Positions 20,129 through 30,549 of a DNA stretch of 64,000 nt are shown one piece after another. The DNA is from an uncultured Bacteroidaceae bacterium (GTDB lineage: Bacteria > Bacteroidota > Bacteroidia > Bacteroidales > GCA-2748055): positions 61,622-125,621 of the forward strand of contig CAZLXM010000001.1 in the NCBI GenBank assembly GCA_964563105.1. Reading direction: 5' to 3'. Each line of letters begins with the position of its first letter. Position 1 is the first letter of the stretch. The position numbers and the translations under genes were made by a program. The notes below the pieces were generated by a model that saw only the letters and a program-made list of their open reading frames with translations, searched no databases and was not told the origin of the DNA.

Positions 20129-20593
20129 ATGCTACAAAGAATACAAAGTTTGTATCTGTTGACAGCCTCCGTGATTTTGCTGCCGCTTTATTCAAAAGTA
20201 ATAGCAAAATTGCAGATTTCAGAAGATCTTTTTGTTAATTTTTATCATAACCGTATGGTGGGAAATAATGTGGAATTGTTTGCAGAAGTTTCTACCTGGC
20301 CTGTTAGTTTTCTGTTGTCTATAATTATTCTTATTACACTAATATCTGTTTTTTTATACAAAAACCGTATGAGACAAATAAGATTTTGTGTATTTAATAT
20401 TATTCTTCAATTTGGTTTAGTCGGATTAATATATTTTTATACAAAATATTTTTTGCATAAATCAGGAGGCATACAAAGTGTTTTTATGTGGCCAATTTTA
20501 TTGCCTTTTATTACAATCGTCCTGTGTTATATGGCTGTCAAAAAGATTCAGAAAGATGAATCTTTGGTCAGGTCTGTCGACCGCATCAGATAA
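20129..20593 (+). CDS. DUF4293-type small membrane protein
   Basis: 154 aa with four hydrophobic helices. The N-terminus MLQRIQSLYLL is typical of DUF4293, a call from memory. Confidence 0.55.
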   Translation: MLQRIQSLYLLTASVILLPLYSKVIAKLQISEDLFVNFYHNRMVGNNVELFAEVSTWPVSFLLSIIILITLISVFLYKNRMRQIRFCVFNIILQFGLVGLIYFYTKYFLHKSGGIQSVFMWPILLPFITIVLCYMAVKKIQKDESLVRSVDRIR

Positions 20594-20615
20594 GTCACGC
20601 CGGAGGTGCTTAAAA

Positions 20616-21083
20616 TTATGAAATAATTACCAGGTTATTTTGATCTGTTATCTTTTCACAATAATTGCATCTTAATTTAACATGCTTTTTATCAACTACA
20701 GTAAACTTTGTGATAACTTCTTCATGATTAGTAATACATTTTGGATTAACACATTTGGCAATGCCGGTAATTATGTCAGGAAGATCTACTATTCTTTTTT
20801 CTTTTACAACATAGTCTTTTATAATATTTAACTTTGCTTCAGGGGCAACCAAAGCAATTTTATTTATATCTTCATTTCTGAAAAACATGCTGGAAATCTT
20901 AATGATTGATTTTTTTCCTAACTTTTTACTTTCCAGGTTCGTGCCAAATGTTATCTGATTATCTATATTGTCTAATCCAAGGATAGTTATAACTTTAAAA
21001 AGATCTTTAGACGGGATATGGTCAATTACCGTTCCTTCTTTTATTGCACTAACAACTAAATGGGTTTTGTCTTTTTTACTCAT
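20616..21083 (-). CDS. pyrI: Aspartate carbamoyltransferase regulatory subunit
   Basis: 155 aa with the GTVIDHIP block and C-terminal zinc cysteines CVNPKCIT...CNYCEK. It is adjacent to pyrB. Confidence 0.9.
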   Translation of the reverse strand: MSKKDKTHLVVSAIKEGTVIDHIPSKDLFKVITILGLDNIDNQITFGTNLESKKLGKKSIIKISSMFFRNEDINKIALVAPEAKLNIIKDYVVKEKRIVDLPDIITGIAKCVNPKCITNHEEVITKFTVVDKKHVKLRCNYCEKITDQNNLVIIS

Positions 21084-21091
21084 GATAAAAA

Positions 21092-22000
21092 CTATTTTAA
21101 ACCTAAAATACTTGTGATTATTGCCTGTCGGGTATAAACACCGTTAAGGGTTTGTGTAAAATAATATGCTTTATCACTCTCATCAACATCAAGATGAATT
21201 TCATTAACTCTTGGTAAAGGATGTAAGACTTTCATATTTGGTCTTGCATCTTTCAACATACCAGCTTTTAATACATAAGCATTTTTTGTTCTTTCATACT
21301 CAATCGGGTCCGAAAATCGTTCTTTCTGTACTCTGGTCATATAAACGATATCGGCATGCTGAATAATATCTGAAAATTCTTTATACTCATAAAAACTGAT
21401 TCCCATGCTGTTAAGAAGCATTTTATATTCTTCAGGCATTTTTAATTCATCTGGTGAAATGAAATAGAAACTTGCATTAAATTGTGACATCGCTATTAAA
21501 AGAGAGTGCACTGTCCGGCCATATTTCAGGTCACCTATCAGAAAAATATTCAGATTTTCCAGTGTTTTCTGGGTTTTACGTATAGAATACAGGTCTAATA
21601 ATGTTTGTGAAGGATGTTGATTTGATCCGTCACCGGCATTAATTATTGGCACCCTTGAAACCTCGCTGGCAAAACGGGCAGCTCCTTCAATAGGATGCCT
21701 CATAATAATCAGATCACAATAATTCGAAACAGTTCTGATAGTATCTCTAAGAGATTCACCTTTGGTTGAACTGGAAGTGTTTGTATCGGAAAAACCAAGC
21801 ACTTTACCTCCAAGCCGGTTTACGGCACTTTCAAAACTTAATCTTGTACGTGTCGATGGCTCAAAAAATAAAGTTGCTATAACATAACCTTTTAATATCT
21901 CCTGGTTTGGGTTTTCCTCAAATTCTTCAGCCAGGTCAAGTATTCTTAAATACTCTTTTTTACTGTAGTCATTTATGGAAACCAGACTTCTTCCTTTCAT
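21092..22000 (-). CDS. pyrB: Aspartate carbamoyltransferase catalytic subunit
   Basis: 302 aa with the motifs [13 protein letters not shown] and HPLPRV. Confidence 0.95.
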   Translation of the reverse strand: MKGRSLVSINDYSKKEYLRILDLAEEFEENPNQEILKGYVIATLFFEPSTRTRLSFESAVNRLGGKVLGFSDTNTSSSTKGESLRDTIRTVSNYCDLIIMRHPIEGAARFASEVSRVPIINAGDGSNQHPSQTLLDLYSIRKTQKTLENLNIFLIGDLKYGRTVHSLLIAMSQFNASFYFISPDELKMPEEYKMLLNSMGISFYEYKEFSDIIQHADIVYMTRVQKERFSDPIEYERTKNAYVLKAGMLKDARPNMKVLHPLPRVNEIHLDVDESDKAYYFTQTLNGVYTRQAIITSILGLK

Positions 22001-22041
22001 AAGTAAAAATTAAATTATGTATTTATTCGTATAGCTTTTTA

Positions 22042-22641
22042 TTATATTCTTTCAAATTTAAATATCTCCAGTCTTTCAATTGAATTGCTGAATTTTTCAC
22101 TGAATTGTTCTCTCACCTTAATCTTCATTATACAGTTATCCTTAAATTTTTCTTCTATTTTAATGGCTTTGTATTCTCCCAATAATCTTTCAATGTTATT
22201 TATTTCTGTATAAGAAAAAGTCAAATTAAATATACTATAAATATAATCTTCTATGATTTCTGAATTTTCAAGGGCATCCGAGGCAGCATTTTTATAGGCT
22301 TTTACAAGTCCTCCGGTTCCTAAAAGGACCCCTCCAAAATATCTGATAACAATTAAAAGTATGTTTGTAAGCTGCCGGGCATCTATTTGGCCAAGGATTG
22401 GCTTTCCGGCAGTGCCTGACGGTTCACCGTCATCATTCACTCTGTATCTTTCACCATCATACCCAATTTTCCAGGCATAACAATGATGTCGTGCATCATG
22501 GTACTCTTTACGAAAAGACTGAATATATGAATTGATTTCAGACTCGGAAGAGACAGGGAGGGCAAAGGAAATAAATTTGCTTCCTTTAACTTTATAAAGG
22601 CCTTGGGATGGTTTGCTAATTGTAAAGAATGAATCTTTCAC
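22042..22641 (-). CDS. YigZ/IMPACT-family protein
   Basis: 199 aa with the blocks KGSKFISFALP, ARHHCYAW and DDGEPSGTAGKPIL. Confidence 0.8.
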   Translation of the reverse strand: MKDSFFTISKPSQGLYKVKGSKFISFALPVSSESEINSYIQSFRKEYHDARHHCYAWKIGYDGERYRVNDDGEPSGTAGKPILGQIDARQLTNILLIVIRYFGGVLLGTGGLVKAYKNAASDALENSEIIEDYIYSIFNLTFSYTEINNIERLLGEYKAIKIEEKFKDNCIMKIKVREQFSEKFSNSIERLEIFKFERI

Positions 22642-22653
22642 TAAAAGTTTTAA

Positions 22654-24075
22654 CTATATCTTCAGCTTTTTTTCAATTTCATCAACCTGAAACTTAAACC
22701 GCTTATCAGTTTCCATTAAATTGTTAACTGTTTTACAGGCATGCAAAACTGTAGCATGGTCTTTACCTCCGATATGTGACCCAATATTTGCAAGAGAGGC
22801 TTTTGTAAGGCTCTTTGAAAAATACATGGCTACCTGCCTTGCCTGAACAATTTCCCGTTTTCGTGTTTTCGATTGCAACAGCTCTATACCAACATTAAAA
22901 TAATTACATACTACTTTCTGTATGTAATCTATGGAAATTTCCCGCTTTGTATTTTTAATTAATTTATCAATCATTTCACGGGCCAGATCCAGATTAATCT
23001 CTTTCTTATTCAAAGTTGACTGTGCCAGCAATGAAATAAGCGCCCCTTCCAGTTCCCTGACATTGTCAATAATATGTGTGGCAATATATTCAACAACATC
23101 GTCAGGAATATCAATACCGTCATTATAAGTTTTTTTCTTTAAAATTGCAATTCTGGTTTCAAAATCCGGAGTCTGTAAATCAGCGGAAAGTCCCCATTTA
23201 AACCGGGATAATAATCTTTGCTCTAAACCGGATAATTCAACAGGAGGTTTATCAGATGTGAGAATTAGTTGCTTTCCTGTCTGATGAAGATGATTAAAAA
23301 TATGAAAGAAAATATCCTGGGTTTTTTCTTTTCCGGCGAATTCATGTACATCATCAATAATCAGAACATCAATCATTTGATAAAAATGAAGGAAATCATT
23401 TTTATTATTATTCCTTATGGAATCGACAAACTGAGTTTGAAATTTATTCGCATTTACATATAAAACAGTTTTTTCAGTAAATTTTTCTTTTACGGAAATA
23501 CCTATTGCCTGAGCCAAATGAGTTTTGCCAAGTCCTGAATCGCCATAGATCAAAAGAGGATTAAATGCAGTGCCACCGGGATTATTTGCAACGGCAATGC
23601 CTGCTGACCTGGCAAGACGATTGCATTCACCTTCAACAAAATTACTAAATGAATATGCAGAATTAAGCCTGGGGTCAATATGCATTTTTTTAATACCCGG
23701 AATAACAAAAGGATTTCTTATGGTTACTTCTTCAGGGTTAAGTGGTAATGGAACAGGTTTGTTTTTTAACTCTTTAGTATTACTCGCAGGGAATTTAACT
23801 GTATAAGGTTTGCTATTAGTAAAATTATTATTTTGCATAACAACACTATACTCTAATTTAGCATCCTCTCCCAGCTCTTTCCTTAATACCTTTCTAAGGA
23901 TATTAATATATTGTTCCTCTAAATATTCATAAAAAAAGGGACTTGGGACCTGAATAGTTAAAATATTATTTTCAAGCTTAAGGGGTATGATAGGTTCAAA
24001 CCATGTCCTGTAACTAATAGATGGGACATTGTCTTTAATTACTTTCAGACACCTGCTCCAAACCTTGTTATGCAT
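22654..24075 (-). CDS. dnaA: Chromosomal replication initiator protein DnaA
   Basis: 473 aa. The Walker A motif is GDSGLGKTHL and the C-terminal DNA-binding signature is IGGKDHATVLHACK. Confidence 0.95.
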   Translation of the reverse strand: MHNKVWSRCLKVIKDNVPSISYRTWFEPIIPLKLENNILTIQVPSPFFYEYLEEQYINILRKVLRKELGEDAKLEYSVVMQNNNFTNSKPYTVKFPASNTKELKNKPVPLPLNPEEVTIRNPFVIPGIKKMHIDPRLNSAYSFSNFVEGECNRLARSAGIAVANNPGGTAFNPLLIYGDSGLGKTHLAQAIGISVKEKFTEKTVLYVNANKFQTQFVDSIRNNNKNDFLHFYQMIDVLIIDDVHEFAGKEKTQDIFFHIFNHLHQTGKQLILTSDKPPVELSGLEQRLLSRFKWGLSADLQTPDFETRIAILKKKTYNDGIDIPDDVVEYIATHIIDNVRELEGALISLLAQSTLNKKEINLDLAREMIDKLIKNTKREISIDYIQKVVCNYFNVGIELLQSKTRKREIVQARQVAMYFSKSLTKASLANIGSHIGGKDHATVLHACKTVNNLMETDKRFKFQVDEIEKKLKI

Positions 24076-24435
24076 AATGATTTTAGGGTTTATTTTAGAA
24101 TTGTTAATATTAGTTTTTCTGTATAATTTTTAAACAATCAAGCTAATATTGTGAAAAAAAAATTAAAAAAAAAATTCTTTTTCTCTTGATTTTTATAAAA
24201 ATTGTATATGCATTTTATATTCAATTAATTAAGAACAAAGAAAACATTTAAATAGGCTAAACTGCTGATTTTGAGCAAAATAACCAATCCAAACTTTAAG
24301 AGATTGTACAATAATTATTTATAAAAATTGACTGAAGTATTGGTTGACCATGAATAGGAGAATAATACAACTTTTAAAAAACATAGAATGAATTTCGTCA
24401 AAATTTTCAGAAATTCCATCTCCTTTTTAATTGTT

Positions 24436-25377
24436 TTATTTTTTATCTTTTCTTCCAAAAATAGAAAAATGAACATACCTTTTTGGATTCTCTTTCATAT
24501 CCTGGAATAATAAATCAAGATTTTCTGAAACGTCCAGTAATTTCAAATGAAGAGAGTCATTAACAACAAGCTTGCCTAATGAACCCTGACCTGAATTGAT
24601 ATTATCCACTAATTCGTTCAAATGTTCTGAAAACAACTTTAACTCTTCAATTGTTGTCCCCAAACCGGAATTCTTAAGAGTATCCGTTATTATTGCAATA
24701 TTGTTAATTGTTTTTTGAATATCATTTCTGCTATCACTAAGAGTTGAGGAAAATTTTTCAAGATTTTTTAAAGACCTGTTCAGATTTCCGTTGTCAGACA
24801 ATTGATTGTTTAAACTGCTTGTTGCTTTGTTAATATTTTCTAAAGAAGCTTGCAAATTATTTATACCTTCGGTATCCAATACAGAGTTTAAACTCCCTAA
24901 TAGTGAGTCTAATTGAATCAATGCACTATGTGCATCTGTAATTATCGGATCAAAATTCGTCTGGAGTTTAGTCAACAAATCTTTATCCCTTACAGATAAC
25001 AAAGTGTCTCCGTAAGAATGATATTCAGAAGATCCGGAAAGTTCAATTTCAATAGATTTTCCCTGCATAATATCAGCAGATGAGATTTTTGCTACTGATC
25101 CTTTAGGAATGTTATATTGTTTGTCAACTACTATTGCAACTATTATACGATTAAGATCATTGCCATCAAAATAAATTCGATTTATAAGACCAACTTTATA
25201 GCCGTTAATATATACGGGAGCGGCAAATTCAAGGCCTTTTGCATCATTATAAACGGTATAATAAACATCCGTTCTTTTTACAATGTTTTTTCCTTTCAGA
25301 TAATTAATTCCCCAAATAATTAAAACCAGGGTTGTTAAAACAATTATTCCAATTTTGGCTTCTGTTCTTAATTTCAT
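24436..25377 (-). CDS. mlaD: MlaD/MCE-family protein
   Basis: 313 aa with a single N-terminal TM helix, an MCE domain (VYINGYKVGLINRI) and a long helical C-terminus. Confidence 0.7.
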   Translation of the reverse strand: MKLRTEAKIGIIVLTTLVLIIWGINYLKGKNIVKRTDVYYTVYNDAKGLEFAAPVYINGYKVGLINRIYFDGNDLNRIIVAIVVDKQYNIPKGSVAKISSADIMQGKSIEIELSGSSEYHSYGDTLLSVRDKDLLTKLQTNFDPIITDAHSALIQLDSLLGSLNSVLDTEGINNLQASLENINKATSSLNNQLSDNGNLNRSLKNLEKFSSTLSDSRNDIQKTINNIAIITDTLKNSGLGTTIEELKLFSEHLNELVDNINSGQGSLGKLVVNDSLHLKLLDVSENLDLLFQDMKENPKRYVHFSIFGRKDKK

Positions 25378-25385
25378 TTAAAGTA

Positions 25386-26519
25386 TTATTTATTTAATTC
25401 TGTGATTGCCTGATTTACGGGGATTATATCCCCATCTTTAATAGCTATTACAAAGGCGCCAATAAACCTCGATTGCCACAAACTATTTTGTTCACTGGCT
25501 TCTTCATAATCTTTATATTTACCTATTCCATATTTGTACAACTTACCTGATACAAATTCTTCAGGAAAATCACATCCTTCAAAAATTCCATCCTGTAAAG
25601 ATATCCTATTTTGTGAAGAAACTACCTGAATTTTAAAATATATATTAGTGGAACTATCAACTTCGCCTGCTTTTTCATCTTTATAATTACCTGATCTGCT
25701 GGTAGAAAAGTTGCTCCCTCTCTCAATATCTTTTTTATATTCTTTGAATGCCCTGAATAGTGCTGATGCAAGATAATCCTGCCCCTGTTCAGTTGCAAGA
25801 TATTTTTCTTCATCGGGATTGGAAATAAATCCCAGTTCAACAAGGACACTTGGCATAGTTGTTTTCCATAATACTAAAAATCCGGCCTGCTTAACTCCCC
25901 TGTCATACCTTCTGGCCCTGTCACGAAATTGATCCTGTATTTTTCCGGCAATATTAAGACTCTGGTCAAGATGTGTATGTTGAAGAAGACTGAAAATAAT
26001 ATAAGATTCTATAGAAGAAGGATCAAAGCCTTCATATTTTGCTTCATAATTTTCCTCTAAACTGATTACAGAGTTCTCAAGTTTAGCCACTTCAAAATTA
26101 CCGGAATTACTGGCTTCTCCCATTACAAAAGTCTCCGTTCCGTATGAAAAAGATTGTGGGCTGGCATTGGCATGAATACTGATAAATAAATCAGCTTTAT
26201 TCTTGTTAGCTATGTCGGCTCTGATATCCAGAGGGATAAAAGTATCATCGCTCCTGGTAAAAATTATATGCACATCTTCATAGTTAGAGCGTATATATTC
26301 ACCTAACTTCAAAGCAACAGGTAATACTATATCTTTTTCCTTATATTTTCGTCCAATAGCTCCAGGATCCTGACCTCCATGACCAGGATCAATAACAATT
26401 GTCCTTACTTTATTCTTTATTTTTGGCTCTTCTTCTGCATATGAGTGAATTACAAAGAGAATAAATATAAACAGGATAACAAAGCGAAAAACTCTGCGTT
26501 TATTTTGTTGACAAAACAT
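25386..26519 (-). CDS. N-acetylmuramoyl-L-alanine amidase (Amidase_3) with C-terminal SPOR-like domain
   Basis: The motif IDPGHGGQDPGA is present. The C-terminal region YFKIQVVSS...YKYGIGKYKDYEEA is SPOR-like. The track ORF extends to 26594. I prefer the internal ATG at 26519, which precedes the signal peptide RRVFRFVILFIFILF. Confidence 0.8.
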   Translation of the reverse strand: MFCQQNKRRVFRFVILFIFILFVIHSYAEEEPKIKNKVRTIVIDPGHGGQDPGAIGRKYKEKDIVLPVALKLGEYIRSNYEDVHIIFTRSDDTFIPLDIRADIANKNKADLFISIHANASPQSFSYGTETFVMGEASNSGNFEVAKLENSVISLEENYEAKYEGFDPSSIESYIIFSLLQHTHLDQSLNIAGKIQDQFRDRARRYDRGVKQAGFLVLWKTTMPSVLVELGFISNPDEEKYLATEQGQDYLASALFRAFKEYKKDIERGSNFSTSRSGNYKDEKAGEVDSSTNIYFKIQVVSSQNRISLQDGIFEGCDFPEEFVSGKLYKYGIGKYKDYEEASEQNSLWQSRFIGAFVIAIKDGDIIPVNQAITELNK

Positions 26520-26610
26520 GAAATAGTACGGGAACATTATCTCTATTTTGATTAGTTTTGAAAACTTAATTTTACTATTACTTTGTTTTTGCAAAAATAA
26601 TATTTAAAGC

Positions 26611-29289
26611 TTGCATATTAAACGACATATTGTATTAATATTATCAACAATCCTATTAATATTGCCGGATATCAGGGCACAACTTCCGGAAATTCCTGAA
26701 TCTGTGCCTGAAACAGATGTTGATAATAATCTTTCTTTTGATCCGGAACTAATCCCTGATTCCCTGACTTTCCAGGATACAATCAGAGATTCTGTATCGA
26801 CCGGGTCTTCAACTACCAAACTCGATGATAAAATTGAATACAATGCACGTGACTCTCTGATATTTGGACTTAACAATCAGAAAGTGTACCTGTTTGGTGA
26901 AGCCTCTGTTAAATATCTTGATAAAGAGCTTAATGCAGCTTATATTGAATATGACATGGGCAGCAATATAGTGTTTGCCAAAGGATTACCCGATTCTACC
27001 GGTGAAATTACCGGACGTCCTGTATTTAAAGATGGTGCCCTTAATTTTGAAGCTCAAACAATGAGATATAATTTCAAGACAAAAAAAGGATATATTGAGG
27101 CAATTAAAACTGAGCAGGAGGGAGGATATTTACATTCTTCCATAACCAAGCAGGATCAGATGGGAAATATAAATATGAAAAACGGGAAGTATTCAACCTG
27201 TGATCTCGATCATCCTCATTTTTATGTGGCCCTTACAAAAGCCAAATCAATCCCGGGAGATAAAATTGTTTCAGGACCGGCATACCTTGTAATCGAAGAT
27301 ATTCCTTTGCCGATTGGAATCCCATTTGGCTTTTTCCCAAATACAAAAACAAATACTTCAGGTATTTTGATCCCCCAATATGGTGAGGAAAACCGCAGAG
27401 GCTTCTATCTTCGGAATGGCGGATATTATTTTTCAATAAATGATTATTTTAACCTGACTACAACGGGTACTATATATACAAATGGTACCTGGGGGGCAAG
27501 GTTAAGCTCTGATTACAGAGTAAGATATCGCTTTAATGGAAATCTAAATTTAAACTATTATAAAAACATTGAAGGATTCAAAGATCTGCCAAACTACAAT
27601 AAATCGTTTGATTATTCAATTATGTGGTCACATAATCAGGATGCAAAAGCAAATCCAAATCAAAATTTCCGGGCGAGTGTTAATCTTTCAACCAAAAAAT
27701 TTGATAAAAATCATAGTCGTATACTTACAAATGTATTAACTAATACTAAACAATCAAGTATCTCATTTCAAAAAAACTGGCCAAACAGCCCTTTCAATTT
27801 CAGTACAAGCTTTAATCATTCTCAAAACAGCCTTACAGGAAGTGTTGACCTTAACTTCCCCAAAGCTTCACTTAATATGAACAGAATTTATCCTTTGAGG
27901 TCAAAAAAACCGACAGCAAAACGACATTGGTATGAAGAAATACAATTAAGTTACTCAGGGTTTTTTGATAATAGAATAAGAACTTCAGATTCTTTATTGT
28001 TTACCAGCAAAGTTTGGGATGATATGAATATGGGGTTCAGACACGAAATACCAGTAAACTGGAATTATAAACTCAAGAAATTTAAGGTTCTGACTATTAC
28101 ACCAAACCTGAGATATACAGGAATGTTGTACAGAGATTATATAGAAAAACACAGGGCTCTCGTAACAGAAGAAGATACAGCATACTATATAACTGTTAAG
28201 GATACAATAAATAAAGTTACTTATGCTCAAGGCTATTATCCGGGAATATCAGCTTCACTTTCACCTAAAATTTATGGCATGTATCAATTTTCAGGAAAAG
28301 GAAAGGTGCAGGCAATTAGACATGTAATGTCTCCAACGGTATCGTTTTCCTATATTCCGGATATGAGCGGACTCGTACCTGAATATTACAGAGAACTAAG
28401 GGATGAAGAAGGGAACCTTATTGAACGCTATTCAATATACGAAAACGGAATGTTTGGTACTCCTTCTTTTACAAGAAGACAACGAACCATGTCTTTTTCT
28501 CTGAATAACAATATCGAAATGAAGGTAAGGGAAGATACTGATACAACAAGTAAAATTACAAAAGTAAAAATAATTGACAACCTAAGCTTCACTACTTCAG
28601 CAAGTTTTGAAGACAGCATTCTTTTCAGGCCGGTAGCTTTTAACGGGAGCACTTCGATATTCAAAAATAAACTTAATTTAAGTTTCAGGGGAGGCTTTGA
28701 TCCTTACGCCATTGATGATAAGAATAGAAGAATTAATAAACTTGAATTTAACCGTTCAGGAAAGCTGGCAAGGTTTACTAACTTCGGATTCTCAACCGGC
28801 TTTAGCTTTAGTTCATCAGAAAAAAAAGGAGATAGCGGGGATACTGCTCCCAGGGACACAGACACATCCCTGCCAGATACAAGGATACCTGAAGCAGGCC
28901 TCCCTGGTGATGAATATGACAGGCTGGATGAAGATTATTATGGAGAATATGTTGATTTCAATATTCCCTGGAGTTTAAGAATTGACTATAACTTTAATTA
29001 TACAAAACCTGCAGATAAAGCTGAATTCATCCAAACTTTCAGAATAACAGGAGATTTTAGTCTTACACCAAAATGGAAAATAGGTTATAATACCGGATTT
29101 GATTTTAACACCAAACAATTTACCACCTCAAGCCTGAGCATATATCGCGATCTGCATTGCTGGGAGATGAATTTTACAGCTGTCCCTTTTGGATTTTATA
29201 AAAGTTTCAATTTCCAGATAAACGTGAAATCAGCAGTGCTTAAAGATTTAAAATATAATAAACGTATCCCCTGGCAGGATAATCTATGA
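26611..29289 (+). CDS. lptD: LPS-assembly outer-membrane protein, LptD-like (OstA-like N-domain plus large beta-barrel)
   Basis: 892 aa with a TTG start and a signal peptide. The OstA-like N-terminal repeat reads IEYNARDSLIFGLNNQKVYLFGEASVKY. The remainder is aromatic-rich beta-strand sequence. Confidence 0.6.
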   Translation: MHIKRHIVLILSTILLILPDIRAQLPEIPESVPETDVDNNLSFDPELIPDSLTFQDTIRDSVSTGSSTTKLDDKIEYNARDSLIFGLNNQKVYLFGEASVKYLDKELNAAYIEYDMGSNIVFAKGLPDSTGEITGRPVFKDGALNFEAQTMRYNFKTKKGYIEAIKTEQEGGYLHSSITKQDQMGNINMKNGKYSTCDLDHPHFYVALTKAKSIPGDKIVSGPAYLVIEDIPLPIGIPFGFFPNTKTNTSGILIPQYGEENRRGFYLRNGGYYFSINDYFNLTTTGTIYTNGTWGARLSSDYRVRYRFNGNLNLNYYKNIEGFKDLPNYNKSFDYSIMWSHNQDAKANPNQNFRASVNLSTKKFDKNHSRILTNVLTNTKQSSISFQKNWPNSPFNFSTSFNHSQNSLTGSVDLNFPKASLNMNRIYPLRSKKPTAKRHWYEEIQLSYSGFFDNRIRTSDSLLFTSKVWDDMNMGFRHEIPVNWNYKLKKFKVLTITPNLRYTGMLYRDYIEKHRALVTEEDTAYYITVKDTINKVTYAQGYYPGISASLSPKIYGMYQFSGKGKVQAIRHVMSPTVSFSYIPDMSGLVPEYYRELRDEEGNLIERYSIYENGMFGTPSFTRRQRTMSFSLNNNIEMKVREDTDTTSKITKVKIIDNLSFTTSASFEDSILFRPVAFNGSTSIFKNKLNLSFRGGFDPYAIDDKNRRINKLEFNRSGKLARFTNFGFSTGFSFSSSEKKGDSGDTAPRDTDTSLPDTRIPEAGLPGDEYDRLDEDYYGEYVDFNIPWSLRIDYNFNYTKPADKAEFIQTFRITGDFSLTPKWKIGYNTGFDFNTKQFTTSSLSIYRDLHCWEMNFTAVPFGFYKSFNFQINVKSAVLKDLKYNKRIPWQDNL

Positions 29290-29322
29290 TAAAACTTTAT
29301 AACTAAAATATGATTGTCAGAA

Positions 29323-29769
29323 TTATTCAGCTACGATCTCAAATGGGATTTCTATTTTCACATCTCTGTGTAAGCTTACGCTGGCGGTATATTTCCCTAT
29401 TTCTTTTATCAAATCTTCTTTTATTGTAATATTCCTTCGGTCAACATCGAAACCCTTAGCAGCCAAAGCTTCTGAAATCTGTATAGTATTAACAGACCCA
29501 AAAATCTTGCCTTTCGTGCTGGTTTTTGCACCAATGGTCAAACTGACATCTTTAAGCTTCTCAGCAATTTTACGTGCATTTTCACGTAACTGTTCTTCTT
29601 TATGTGCTCGTTGCTTCAGTGTTTCTGCATGGACCTTTTTAAGGGAAGCAGTAGCCTGAACAGCCATACCTTTGGGGATCAGGTAATTTCTGGCATAACC
29701 ATCCTTCACGGTTATAATATCATCCCTATTACCAAGCTTTTGAATATCTTGTTTCAGAATTATTTCCAT
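29323..29769 (-). CDS. rplI: 50S ribosomal protein L9
   Basis: 148 aa. The sequence MEIILKQDIQKLGNRDDIITVKDGYARNYLIP is canonical L9. Confidence 0.95.
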   Translation of the reverse strand: MEIILKQDIQKLGNRDDIITVKDGYARNYLIPKGMAVQATASLKKVHAETLKQRAHKEEQLRENARKIAEKLKDVSLTIGAKTSTKGKIFGSVNTIQISEALAAKGFDVDRRNITIKEDLIKEIGKYTASVSLHRDVKIEIPFEIVAE

Positions 29770-29788
29770 TTTTCTTCCTCCACTTGTT

Positions 29789-30058
29789 TTATTTTAACAG
29801 ATCTGTTACATAGGGCAGCAGTGCAAGATGTCTTGCCCTCTTAATAGCTGTTGCTATTTTCCTCTGGTATTTTAATGAAGTGCCGGTAACCCTTCGGGGG
29901 AGAATCTTTCCCTGCTCATTTAAAAATTTTTTTAAAAATTCAGGGTCTTTATAGTCAATATATTTAATCCTGTTTTTTCTGAAACGGCAATACTTCTTTT
30001 TCCTTATTTCAACAGAAGGCGGAGTTAAATATCTGATTTCCGAACTACTTTGTGACAT
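29789..30058 (-). CDS. rpsR: 30S ribosomal protein S18
   Basis: 89 aa with the block [26 protein letters not shown]. Confidence 0.95.
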   Translation of the reverse strand: MSQSSSEIRYLTPPSVEIRKKKYCRFRKNRIKYIDYKDPEFLKKFLNEQGKILPRRVTGTSLKYQRKIATAIKRARHLALLPYVTDLLK

Positions 30059-30061
30059 GGC

Positions 30062-30418
30062 TTAAATCTCCTTTTCTTTTGTGGGTTCTTCTTTTTTACT
30101 TCTTTTTCTCTCCAAATACTCAACACCATATTTGTCAAGCTTAACGGTAAGAAAACGGATGATCCTTTCATCCCTTCTGAATTGTAACTCCAATTGTTCT
30201 ACTAAGGAACCCTCACTTTCAAATTCAATGAGTTGATAAAAGCCGGTTGATTTTTTCTGAATAGGGTATGCAAGTTTTTTTAAACCCCAATACTCTTCAT
30301 GAATAATAGATCCACCATTGTCGGTGATTATATTCCTGAACTTATCAACCGCTTCCTTTATCTGAGTTTCAGATAAAACGGGAGTTGCAATGAAAACGGT
30401 TTCGTAACGGTTTAACAT
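30062..30418 (-). CDS. rpsF: 30S ribosomal protein S6
   Basis: 118 aa with the blocks YETVFI and [12 protein letters not shown]. It is the first gene of the rpsF-rpsR-rplI operon. Confidence 0.95.
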   Translation of the reverse strand: MLNRYETVFIATPVLSETQIKEAVDKFRNIITDNGGSIIHEEYWGLKKLAYPIQKKSTGFYQLIEFESEGSLVEQLELQFRRDERIIRFLTVKLDKYGVEYLERKRSKKEEPTKEKEI

Positions 30419-30449
30419 ACTTATATTTATTTAATTTTGAAAATGTCCG

Positions 30450-30457
30450 CAAAAATA
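30450..30457 (-). promoter_or_regulatory. Candidate -7 promoter element for the rpsF operon (TATTTTTG on the minus strand)
   Basis: The reverse complement of CAAAAATA matches TAnnTTTG. It lies about 32 nt upstream of the rpsF ATG. Confidence 0.35.
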
Positions 30458-30549
30458 TAAACTTTTTATTTCATATCAAAACTATTTTAATAATTCATTT
30501 TTCACTTCAAAATAGTATCTTTAGCACTTTGTTTAGTAAATTAACTTTT

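Noticed and set aside
24076-24435. A 360-bp, very AT-rich spacer upstream of dnaA (with A9/A10 runs) as a candidate oriC.
   Set aside because: I found no TTATCCACA/TGTGGATAA-type DnaA box, even allowing one mismatch in a convincing cluster. The nearest TTATCCAC string lies inside the mlaD CDS near 24602. dnaA is flanked by yigZ and mlaD rather than dnaN. No gene-orientation switch is evident here. GC-skew and DnaA-box clustering would have to be computed genome-wide.
26604-26876. The 90-aa minus-strand ORF overlapping the LptD-like gene start, and the many other 60-150-aa nested ORFs in the track (e.g. 1471-1662, 2320-2568, 4751-5059, 5531-5990, 15870-16284, 30973-31320, 32935-33393, 47868-48203, 52543-53232).
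   Set aside because: All are embedded in, or antisense to, longer ORFs with confident family motifs. Their translations are low-complexity or hydrophobic nonsense typical of AT-rich off-frames.
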